From: an uncultured Anaerolineae bacterium
GTDB lineage: Bacteria; Chloroflexota; Anaerolineae; CG2-30-64-16
DNA length: 64,000 nt
Assembly: GCA_937124585.1 (NCBI GenBank)
Contig: CAKZKT010000147.1
Coordinates: 46,104-110,103, forward strand
Direction of reading: 5' to 3'
A program made the position numbers and the translations under genes. A model generated the notes under the pieces. It was not told the DNA's origin, did not search any database, and saw only the letters and a list, made by a program, of their open reading frames with translations. How positions within the stretch are numbered: position 1 is the stretch's first letter; each line of letters opens with the position of its first letter. This document shows positions 40,921 to 49,367 of this stretch, piece after piece.

Positions 40921-41912
40921 TGCCCCAGATCCATCTCGACACCGATCTCGGCGGCGATATAGATGATCTCTGCGCGCTGGCGCTCGTGCTGAGCTGGCCC
41001 GGCGCCGGGCTGGTCGGCGTGACGACCAATCAGGACAACGGAGGCCGACGGGCAGGGTATGTCCAGTATGCCCTGCGACTCGTCGGCCGTGACGACGTGC
41101 CGGTTGCCGCCGGCGCCGATGCGTCTCTCCCCTGCTTCCGCGTCTATCCTGGGCTGCCGGATGAGGCCGCCTACTGGCCGGAACCGATCCCACCGGTGCC
41201 ATCGTCTCTCGATACGGCGCTCGCTCTGCTCGAGCGCAGCATCCGGCAGGGCGCCACGATTGCGGCGATCGGGACATACACCAACCTGGCGCTGCTGGAA
41301 GCGCGCTCGCCCGGCATCCTGCGCAAAGCCCGGCTCGTGCTCATGGGCGGCTTCATCTTCCCGCCCAGGCCCGGCTTCCCGGCGTGGACGCATGAGATGG
41401 ACTGGAACATCCAGAACGACGTGGAGGCGGCGCTGTGCGTCATCCGGCACAGCGACCCGCTGTTCGTGCCGCTGACGGTTACCGTCGAGACCGCACTGCG
41501 GCAGGCCGATCTGTCGGCGCTGCGCCGCGGCGGGCCGCTGGCGCAGCTCATCGCGGGGCAGGCCGAGGCGTTCGCCCGTGATGAAGGATATGCGCCGCGC
41601 TACGGCCAGACGTGCGCTGGCCTGCCCGACGACCTGATCAACTTTCAGCACGATCCGTTGACCTGCGCCATCGCGCTGGGCTGGCGTGAAGGCGTGGAGA
41701 TCAGCGTCTTGCCGGTGCACACCGAGATCCGGGACGGCTGGCTGCGCCAGACTGTAGATCCGGCCGGCATTCCCACCCGCGTCGTGACGCGCATTGACGG
41801 CACGAAATTCAGTGCTTTCTGGCTGCGGATGATCACCGGGACGCTCGATGAGCGCCTCGAACCGAATGACGTGCCAGGCATCTTGCAGAGTGCCTGGCAC
41901 GTGAGCGCATGA
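40920..41912 (+). CDS. Nucleoside hydrolase (IU-NH family)
   Basis: Motifs DTDLGGDIDD, TNLA, LMGG, WNI..D and HDPL. The last codons are supplied by unit 1 of the repeat array. Confidence 0.85.
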   Translation: MPQIHLDTDLGGDIDDLCALALVLSWPGAGLVGVTTNQDNGGRRAGYVQYALRLVGRDDVPVAAGADASLPCFRVYPGLPDEAAYWPEPIPPVPSSLDTALALLERSIRQGATIAAIGTYTNLALLEARSPGILRKARLVLMGGFIFPPRPGFPAWTHEMDWNIQNDVEAALCVIRHSDPLFVPLTVTVETALRQADLSALRRGGPLAQLIAGQAEAFARDEGYAPRYGQTCAGLPDDLINFQHDPLTCAIALGWREGVEISVLPVHTEIRDGWLRQTVDPAGIPTRVVTRIDGTKFSAFWLRMITGTLDERLEPNDVPGILQSAWHVSA

Positions 41913-42181
41913 TGACGTGCCAGGTATCTTGCAGAGTGCCTGGCACGTGAGTCCAGGATGACGTGCCAGGCATCTTGCAGAGTGCCTGGCACGTGAGCGC
42001 ATGATGACGTGCCAGGCATCTTGCAGAGTGCCTGGCACGTGAGCGCATGATGACGTGCCAGGTATCTTGCAGAGTGCCTGGCACGTGAGTCCAGGATGAC
42101 GTGCCAGGCATCTTGCAGAGTGCCTGGCACGTGAGTCCAGGATGACGTGCCAGGCATCTTGCAGAGTGCCTGGCACGTGAG
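41866..42181. repeat. Tandem array of seven family A palindromes (46-bp period)
   Basis: 40-bp unit ATGACGTGCCAGG(C/T)ATCTTGCAGAGTGCCTGGCACGTGAG plus a 6-bp linker (CGCATG or TCCAGG). Units start at 41866, 41912, 41958, 42004, 42050, 42096 and 42142. Confidence 0.97.
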
Positions 42182-42216
42182 TGCGAAAGAATCTGTTTAT
42201 GGAGGTTGTTGGGACT

Positions 42217-43293
42217 ATGGATGAGACCACCGTCGAAGGACTGTATCTCAAACTCAAACGCATGATCGGCGACTATACGCCCGATTTCGAGCTGCGCTAT
42301 AAAGCCGAACTGGCCGCCGAGATCATCCGGCTGAAGGCGGAGAAAAACGCCGTAATCCTCGGCCACAACTACATGGAGCCGGCGCTGTATCACACGATTC
42401 CGGACTTCGTCGGCGACTCGCTGGAGCTGAGCCGCAAGGCCGCCCGCACCGACAAGGACATCATCGTCTTCTGCGGCGTAAAATTCATGGCCGAGACGGC
42501 AAAGATCCTCAACCCGACGAAGACCGTGCTGTTGCCGTCGGAGAAGGCCGGCTGTTCGCTGGCCGCCAGCATTACTGCCGAAGATGTGCGCGCGCTCAAA
42601 GCGCGCTTCCCCGGCGTGCCGGTGGTCAGCTACGTCAACACCTACGCGGACGTCAAAGCCGAATCAGACATCTGCTGCACGTCGAGCAACGCGGCAAAAG
42701 TCGTCAAATCACTCTCATCCGACACGGTCATCTTCCTGCCCGACGAGTATCTGGCGCGCAACGTGGCGCGTGAGACCGGCAAGCGCATCATCTTCCCATC
42801 GCTGCTCGAACCGGGCATTTCGGCCCAGCCAACGGAAACGGGACAGGCTGCGGAAGACGCCGGTTATGCCGGCACCATGATCGGCTGGCGTGGCCGCTGT
42901 GAGGTGCACGAGAAGTTCACGGTGGACGATATCCGCCGCGTGCGGCAACAGTTCCCCGACGTGGTGATCCTGGCACACCCGGAATGCAGCCCGGAGGTCA
43001 CTGCCGCGGCTGATTTCTCCGGCAGCACCGCCGCGATGATTCGCTACGTCGAGCAGACGGCCGCGCCGCGCTACCTGCTGCTGACCGAATGCGCGATGGG
43101 CGAGAACATCGCCGCGGCCAACCCGGATAAGGAAATGCTGCGGCTCTGCTCGGTGCGCTGCCCGCACATGAACCAGATCACCCTGGAAGATACTCTCAAG
43201 GCGCTCCAGCTCAATCGTTACGTGATCGAGGTGCCGGAAGAAATCCGCGTCCGGGCTGTGCAGGCGGTGGAGCGAATGATCGCGATCGGATAG
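42217..43293 (+). CDS. nadA: Quinolinate synthase
   Basis: Motifs ILGHNY, GDSLELS, FCGVKFMAE, GCSLA, YVNT, CEVH, HPEC and CPHM. Start could be 42199 or 42217. Confidence 0.96.
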   Translation: MDETTVEGLYLKLKRMIGDYTPDFELRYKAELAAEIIRLKAEKNAVILGHNYMEPALYHTIPDFVGDSLELSRKAARTDKDIIVFCGVKFMAETAKILNPTKTVLLPSEKAGCSLAASITAEDVRALKARFPGVPVVSYVNTYADVKAESDICCTSSNAAKVVKSLSSDTVIFLPDEYLARNVARETGKRIIFPSLLEPGISAQPTETGQAAEDAGYAGTMIGWRGRCEVHEKFTVDDIRRVRQQFPDVVILAHPECSPEVTAAADFSGSTAAMIRYVEQTAAPRYLLLTECAMGENIAAANPDKEMLRLCSVRCPHMNQITLEDTLKALQLNRYVIEVPEEIRVRAVQAVERMIAIG

Positions 43294-43299
43294 GAAACC

Positions 43300-44907
43300 A
43301 TGATCCAGACCGAAGTCCTCATCATTGGCTGCGGGATCGCCGGCGCTACGACTGCGTTGCGGCTGGCGCGCAACCCACAGCGGCGCATCGTCGTGCTGAC
43401 GCGCGCCCACGATCCCATCGAATCGAACACCCGTTACGCGCAGGGCGGCATCGTCTCCCGTGGCCCGGACGACACTGCCGATCTGTGCGTTGCCGATATC
43501 CTGGCTGCCGGCGCAGGCGCCAGTTCGCCCAGGGCCGCGCGCATCCTGGCCGAAGAGGGCCCCACAGTAGTACGCGAGGTTCTGATCGAAACCGCCAACG
43601 TGCCTTTCGACCGGGATGCGAACGGCGACCTGGCCTGGGGCAAGGAAGCCGCCCACTCGCGGCGGCGCATCCTCCACGTCGGCGACGGCACCGGCCAGGC
43701 CATCATGCAGGGACTCGTCGCCGCGCTGCGCCGCTGCCCCAACGTGACCATCCTGCCCCACTCGACTGCGGTGGACCTGCTCACCTTCCCGCATCATTCG
43801 CGCAATCCGCTGGACGCCTATCGGCCGATCACCTGCTACGGCGCCTACGTTTTCGATCGCGAGGAGCGCACAGTGCACCGCTATATCGCGGCCGCCACCG
43901 TGCTGGCCACCGGCGGGCTGGGACGCATCTACCGTAACACGACCAATCCACCCGGCGCGCGTGGCGATGGACTGGCACTGGCGCATCGGGCCGGCGCGCG
44001 CATCATCAACGCCGAGTACATCCAGTTCCACCCCACCGCGCTGGCTGCCCCGGGCGCCGAGGGCTTCCTGATCAGCGAAGCCGTGCGCGGCGAGGGCGGC
44101 GTGCTGCTCTCGCCGGACGGCCGGCCGTTTATGGCCAAATACTCGCCGGACTGGAAGGACCTGGCCCCGCGCGATGTGGTCGCGCGGGCCATCCATCACG
44201 AGATGGAGACCCACGGCTATTCTCATGTCTTGCTCGACATCGCCTCGCACATGCCCGCCGCCGAAATCCAGAGCCGGTTCCCGAACATCTACGCCAAATG
44301 CCTCGGGGTCGGCATTGACATTACCCGAGAGCCGATTCCGGTGGTGCCGGCCGCTCACTATTCGTGCGGCGGCGTTTGGGTGGACGAGTGGGGCCGCACG
44401 ACCATCGCCAACCTCTACGCGGTCGGCGAGGTGAGCTGTACGGGCCTGCACGGCGCCAATCGCCTGGCCTCCACCTCGCTGCTGGAAGGACTCGTCTGGG
44501 GCAACCGCGCCGCGCAACACATCGAGGCATGGCTGAACGCCGAGCCGGGCCTCAAACTGCCTGGCCGCGACCAGACCCCGCCCTGGGATGAGAGCGGCCT
44601 GATCGCCGAGGCCGACCCGGCGCTGATCCAGGGCGACATGCAGGTCATCCAGAACATCATGTGGCACTACGTCGGCCTGGTACGCAGCGCCGATCGCCTC
44701 TCGCGTGCCATCCGCGAACTGCGTCACCTGTGGAACGAAATCGAGACCTTCTACCGCATGACCAAACTGAGCGACGGCCTGATCGGCCTGCGCAACGCCG
44801 TCGAAGTGGCGCTGATCATCGCACAGGCGGCACGACACAATCGCCAGAGCCGCGGCTGCCACTACCGCTCCGATTCGGTATCGCTCGAAGGGGATCGCCT
44901 GTTGTGA
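43300..44907 (+). CDS. nadB: L-aspartate oxidase
   Basis: Motifs GCGIAG, AQGGI, QFHPT, LISEAVRGEG, LAPRDVV, HGANRLASTSL and SRGCHYR. Confidence 0.95.
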   Translation: MIQTEVLIIGCGIAGATTALRLARNPQRRIVVLTRAHDPIESNTRYAQGGIVSRGPDDTADLCVADILAAGAGASSPRAARILAEEGPTVVREVLIETANVPFDRDANGDLAWGKEAAHSRRRILHVGDGTGQAIMQGLVAALRRCPNVTILPHSTAVDLLTFPHHSRNPLDAYRPITCYGAYVFDREERTVHRYIAAATVLATGGLGRIYRNTTNPPGARGDGLALAHRAGARIINAEYIQFHPTALAAPGAEGFLISEAVRGEGGVLLSPDGRPFMAKYSPDWKDLAPRDVVARAIHHEMETHGYSHVLLDIASHMPAAEIQSRFPNIYAKCLGVGIDITREPIPVVPAAHYSCGGVWVDEWGRTTIANLYAVGEVSCTGLHGANRLASTSLLEGLVWGNRAAQHIEAWLNAEPGLKLPGRDQTPPWDESGLIAEADPALIQGDMQVIQNIMWHYVGLVRSADRLSRAIRELRHLWNEIETFYRMTKLSDGLIGLRNAVEVALIIAQAARHNRQSRGCHYRSDSVSLEGDRLL

Positions 44908-44985
44908 GGAACCCCCATAGACGAAAACGCATGGCTTGAGCCCCGCACCTGGGCCGTCGAACCACTCGCTCGCGATGCCGCCGAG

Positions 44986-45780
44986 GTGAGAGCGCGACAT
45001 CAGGACAATCGCCGCGCCTGGAACGAGGGCGCGGCCAGCTACACCGCCGGGCTAGAGGAGGCCATCGCCTTCATCCGCAGCGGCCGCAGCAGCCTGCACC
45101 CCATCGAACGCGCCAACCTGGGCGACCTGCGGCCGTGGTGTGACGTGGCGATCCATCTCCAATGCGCGTCGGGCCGGGACACGCTGTCGCTCTGGAACGA
45201 GGGCGCGGCACGAGTGGTGGGCGTGGACATCTCCGACGTGCACATCGCCAACGCGCGACGCCTGGCGGAGGCGGTCGCCGCGCCGGCCACGTGGTATTGC
45301 TGCGACGTGCTGGACACACCGCACGAACTGAACGGCACGGCCGACCTGGTCTATACCGGCCGGGGCGCGCTCTGCTGGTTGCACGACCTGGACGGCTGGG
45401 CTGCGGTGATCTACCGGCTGCTCAAGCCGGGCGGCATCGTGCACGTGTTCGACGGCCACCCGGCCGCGTGGCTGTTCGATGCCGAAGCGGAAACATTGGT
45501 GGCATCCGGCGCGGATTACTTCAGCCACGCGGAGTGGAACCAGGGCTGGCCCACGACCTACATTGGCGATCTCGGCCGGCCGGTCGTCGAGCTGGCACGC
45601 AAACACGAACGGCTGTGGCCGCTGGCCGCCGTCTTCATGGCGCTGCGCCGCGCCGGCCTGACCGTCGAACTGTTCGGCGAATACCCCGAGGACTTTTGGG
45701 ACAGCTTTCCCCGGCTCCGGCCGGAGCTGCGCGGACGGATTCCCATGACATTCGCGATGCTAGCGCGCCGGCCGACGTAG
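44986..45780 (+). CDS. Class I SAM-dependent methyltransferase
   Basis: Motifs HLQCASGRD, GVDIS, DLVYTGRGALCWL and LKPGG. Start uncertain (see the ATA finding). Confidence 0.85.
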   Translation: MRARHQDNRRAWNEGAASYTAGLEEAIAFIRSGRSSLHPIERANLGDLRPWCDVAIHLQCASGRDTLSLWNEGAARVVGVDISDVHIANARRLAEAVAAPATWYCCDVLDTPHELNGTADLVYTGRGALCWLHDLDGWAAVIYRLLKPGGIVHVFDGHPAAWLFDAEAETLVASGADYFSHAEWNQGWPTTYIGDLGRPVVELARKHERLWPLAAVFMALRRAGLTVELFGEYPEDFWDSFPRLRPELRGRIPMTFAMLARRPT

Positions 45781-45810
45781 CCCCGCTGCAACGAGGCACG
45801 CCGGCCGCGC

Positions 45811-46911
45811 TCAGGCCGCCAGCGCCGCCATTGCCGCGCGGAAATCGCGGCGACCCAATCCCAGGCGAAAATGATCGCCGGCGACCTCGAACACATCGCC
45901 CGGCAAGATCATCGTATCGTACTGCTCCAGGGCGCGGCGACAGAACTCGGCGACCGGGGAGCCGGCGATGAACTGCGGAAAGGCGACCGGCCCGGCCTGC
46001 GGCGGCAGCCAGCGAAAACGGTCGGGGTGGCCGGCGAAGAACTGCTCGGCCAGCGTCAGATTCGCGCGGATGATGGCCAGGTTGCGCGCCGTGATCTGCT
46101 CGGCGCGACGCAGCGCCATGAGGCCCAGGATCTCGGCCGGCGCGCTGTTGCAGATCGTGGTGTAATCCCGAAACGCCTGCGCGCGCGCCAGGAACGACCG
46201 ATCGTGGGTGGCCAGCCAGCCGATGCGCAGGCCGGGCAGGCCGAACGCCTTCGACAGGCCCCCCAGCGCAATGCCCCGCTCGTACACGTCGGCGACCGAG
46301 GGCAGTCGACGCCCGGGATCGTACTCCAGCAGACGATACATCTCGTCTGCAAAGACGACCAGGTTGTGTTGCCGCGCCAGGTCAAGGATGGTGTTCAGCT
46401 CATCGCGGCCGGGCAGATAGCCCGTCGGATTGTGCGGGAAGTTAATCACGAGCAGCCGCGTGGCCGGGGTGATATGCTGCTCCAGCGCTGCCAGGTCGAG
46501 CCGCCAGCCCGACGCGTCGGGCTGCAGCGTCCAGCGTGTCGTCCGCGCGCCGAGCGCGCTTGCCACCTCGTACAGCGACTGATAGCCCGGAAAGGTGACG
46601 ATGACTCCGTCGCCCGGCGCCACCAGCACGTTCATGGCGATGAAGATCAGCTCTTCGGGCGCAGCGATCAGCACCTCGTCGGCTGCGATGCCCTCGTAGA
46701 GCGCGGCTGCCGCGCTGCGCAGCAACGGATGCCCTGCCGACTCCGTGTAGCCCAGCTTCAGATCGCGCCACAATGCCAGCGACTCATCATCTGCCAGCGC
46801 CAGCAGCTCTGCCAGCGTCAGCGCCTCGCAATCGGAGGCGCTGAGCAGATAGCGCGCGCTGAACTCATGGGCGGCGAAAAAGCGTTCGAGCTTGAACTCG
46901 CGCAGCTGCAT
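45811..46911 (-). CDS. Class I/II PLP-dependent aminotransferase
   Basis: Motifs NFPHNPTG, DEMYR and SKAFGLPGLRIGW. Confidence 0.9.
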   Translation of the reverse strand: MQLREFKLERFFAAHEFSARYLLSASDCEALTLAELLALADDESLALWRDLKLGYTESAGHPLLRSAAAALYEGIAADEVLIAAPEELIFIAMNVLVAPGDGVIVTFPGYQSLYEVASALGARTTRWTLQPDASGWRLDLAALEQHITPATRLLVINFPHNPTGYLPGRDELNTILDLARQHNLVVFADEMYRLLEYDPGRRLPSVADVYERGIALGGLSKAFGLPGLRIGWLATHDRSFLARAQAFRDYTTICNSAPAEILGLMALRRAEQITARNLAIIRANLTLAEQFFAGHPDRFRWLPPQAGPVAFPQFIAGSPVAEFCRRALEQYDTMILPGDVFEVAGDHFRLGLGRRDFRAAMAALAA

Positions 46912-46916
46912 CGGCC

Positions 46917-48956
46917 CTACTGACCCAACATGGCTTTGATCGTCTGGTCAAACTGCTCGAAAGGCAGCGCGCCCGAGATGGGCCGGGTGGTCAGCGTTCT
47001 GCCCTGAGCATCCACTCGATTCAGGAAGAAGGCCGGGGTGCCTCGCACGCCCAGTTTTGTCCCCTCTTCCAGGTCCTGACGAATGCGCGCGTCCGTGCGG
47101 GCATCTTTCACGCACGCGTCGTACCTGCCGGCGTCCACGCCGAGGGACAGCGCGTGCTGCCGGAACCGCTCGGCAGCGTCGCCGGCGTTGGCCCAGCTGC
47201 TCTGGTTGGCGAACAGCCAGTCGTGCATGACCCAGAACAGCCTGGGCGCCTGCAGGCCGGCACAATAGGACGCCCTGGCCGCAGGCATGGCATTCGGATG
47301 GTTACTCAACGGAAAATGCCGAAAGATCGTGACCACCTTGCCGGTAACTCCGTACGCTTCATCCAGAAGCGGGCCCGTCTGCAGCTCATGACGGGCACAG
47401 AACGGTCACTGGAAATCCGAGAACACGACCAGCCGGATCGGCGCCCGCGGATCACCGCGATAGAAGTTGCCCTCCATGTCCACACCGACCGGCTGATCGG
47501 CACGCTGGACGGCCACGGCAGCCGGCGTGGGCTGGCCGGCTGCGCCGGGCGCGGCCGACTGAGGTTTCTGCAGATCCTGGATCACCTTCTCGAACTGCTC
47601 TACCGCGATCAGGCCCGGCACACGCAGGCCGGACTGCGCGCTGGGATTCAGCACCAGGAAGTACGGGACCTGCGACACCTGGATCTGCTCGGCCAGCGCC
47701 ATGTCGGCATCGAGCTGTTCCTGGCCGACGGCGTCGGCCACGCAGGTCTCAAATCTGACCACATCCAGGCCCAGGACTTTGGCGTAGTCGGCCATGGCCG
47801 CACGGTCCCCCTCTTGCCACCGGCCCTGATTAGCCGTCAAGCTGTCGGCGAACTCCCAAAACTTGTCCTGATCGCCCGCGCAGAAAGCTGCTAGCGCCGT
47901 CTGGGGCGCGGAAACCGCCAGATATTTGTAAATGAGACGCACCTGGCCGGTTTTGACGTATTTGTCCTGCAACACAGGCTGCACTGTCCTGGCGAATTCA
48001 ACGCACGCCTCACAGCCGAAATCGCTGAACACGAAGATGAGGATCGGCGCCTGCCTCTCGCCCAGCGAAGGGCTGCCGTCATACGTGAAGCCCGGCCGGT
48101 TCGGATTGGCATCGTAGGGCTGGACGTTCGGGGGCAGCGGCGTTGGGGTCGGCGGCGGTCGGAGGCCCTGATCGGCCTTCGCGATGAGCTTCTGAAACTC
48201 GGCGAACGGGTAGGCCCCGGCCAGGAACCAGTCGTTGATGAAGAAGGCTGGTGTGCCCTGGACGCCCAGCTTCATGCCGTCCTCCAGATCGCGCGCAATG
48301 CGCGCTTCGGTCTGCGGATCGCGCACACAGGCATCATAGCGGGCGGCATCTGCGCCGAAGGAGAGAGCCGTCTGGCGAAAACGCGTCGCCGCATCCGCGG
48401 CGTTCGACCAGGAGGTCTGGTTGGCGAAAAGCCACTGGTGCATGGCCCAGAAGAGGCGCGGGGCCTGTTGGCCGGCGCAATAGGCCGCTTTGCTGGCCGG
48501 CAGCGCGTTTGGATGAAGCTGTTGCAGCGGAAAGTGCCGGAAATAGGCCACGACTTTGCCGGTAGCGATGTAGGTCTCTTCCAGGAGCGGGCCTGTCTGC
48601 AGGACGTGGCGCGCGCAGAACGGGCACTGGAAATCGGAGAACTCCACCAGCTTGATCGCCGCGTTCGGGTTGCCGCGGTAGAAATTTCCGTCGGCATCCA
48701 CCCCCACGGGAATGTTGGAGACCATCTCCGTCTGGGCCGCGGCCGTGGGCGCGGCCGGGCCGAGCGGGACGAGCGCCGTCGGCGAGGCGGTCGGCACAGG
48801 TTGAATGGCTGTTGCCCCCGCAGTCGGTGCAGGTGAGACGCGGCGAGGGCCAACCGGCAGGCCCGAAAAACATGCCGCGGCGATCAGCGCCACAAGCAGC
48901 AACGTCAGGCCCGCGACGGCGCTTCGGGGGCTGACACCCGAACGGATTTGCTTCAT
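46917..48956 (-). CDS. Three-domain DsbA-like lipoprotein with probable selenocysteine (UPFC), 679 aa if the TGA at 47406-47408 is read through
   Basis: ORFs 47406-48956 and 46917-47336 are in the same frame, separated only by this TGA. Domain 1 reads FSDFQCPFCARH, domain 2 FSDFGCEAC and domain 3 FSDFQ*PFCARH. GTPAFF cis-Pro loops; lipobox IAAAC. Confidence 0.88.
47355..47396 (-). promoter_or_regulatory. Candidate bacterial SECIS element
   Basis: On the mRNA, 9 nt after UGA: GCCCGUC-AUGAGCUGCA-GACGGGC (7-bp stem), then CGCUUC-UGGAU-GAAGCG. Absent from the Cys-containing domain 1. Confidence 0.65.
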
Positions 48957-48987
48957 GAATGAGCCTCCTCAGCAAAAATTGCGGAGC

Positions 48988-49353
48988 CTAGCGCCGCGCG
49001 GATTGCTGCAAAAATGTCTCCATCAGGCCGAAGATGACGCCGATCGTAATGGCAGCCAGCCAGCTGAATGCGGCGATCAGCCGCAAGCCGATACAGATCG
49101 CCGCCCACAGGCCGATCCACATGGCCACGCGGAGCGCCACGGCCGGATACTCTCCGACGAGCGGCGCTCTCAGGCGACGGGCCGCCACCCACACCCACGG
49201 CGCGGCCGTCATCGTCAACGCCAGGGCCAACATCGGCAGCACCAGGATCAGGCCGGTGAGCGAAAAAGGCAGCGCGCCGGTCAGAAAAACGACGCCGGCC
49301 CAGCCCAGCAACGCCAGCGGCACACTCAAAAGCCACAGGGTACGCGCAGACAT
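48988..49353 (-). CDS. Small 4-TM membrane protein
   Basis: 121 aa with four hydrophobic segments, co-oriented with its neighbours. Confidence 0.7.
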   Translation of the reverse strand: MSARTLWLLSVPLALLGWAGVVFLTGALPFSLTGLILVLPMLALALTMTAAPWVWVAARRLRAPLVGEYPAVALRVAMWIGLWAAICIGLRLIAAFSWLAAITIGVIFGLMETFLQQSARR

Positions 49354-49367
49354 GGCACGACGCCCCT

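Noticed and set aside
41866-42181. CRISPR array
   Set aside because: Linkers are only 6 nt with two recurring sequences, there are no cas genes, and the same palindrome occurs singly elsewhere.
40302-42393. Minus-strand ORFs with repetitive peptides (HVPGTLQDAW...)
   Set aside because: These are translations of the DNA repeat array and antisense shadows of nadC and the hydrolase.
44905-44907. Sec read-through fusing nadB to the methyltransferase
   Set aside because: The frames match, but NadB is complete at this point and there is no Cys-equivalent position or convincing SECIS.
42715-45000. Long antisense ORFs (also 994-2358, 3088-4620, 28125-29849, 35781-37535, 52157-53782)
   Set aside because: Shadow ORFs expected in high-GC DNA opposite well-supported genes; no protein motifs.
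46917-47408. Pseudogene or separate 139-aa ORF after a nonsense mutation
   Set aside because: The TGA is at the catalytic Cys position, the downstream frame is intact and a hairpin follows, so Sec recoding fits better. A TGC>TGA mutation is not formally excluded.
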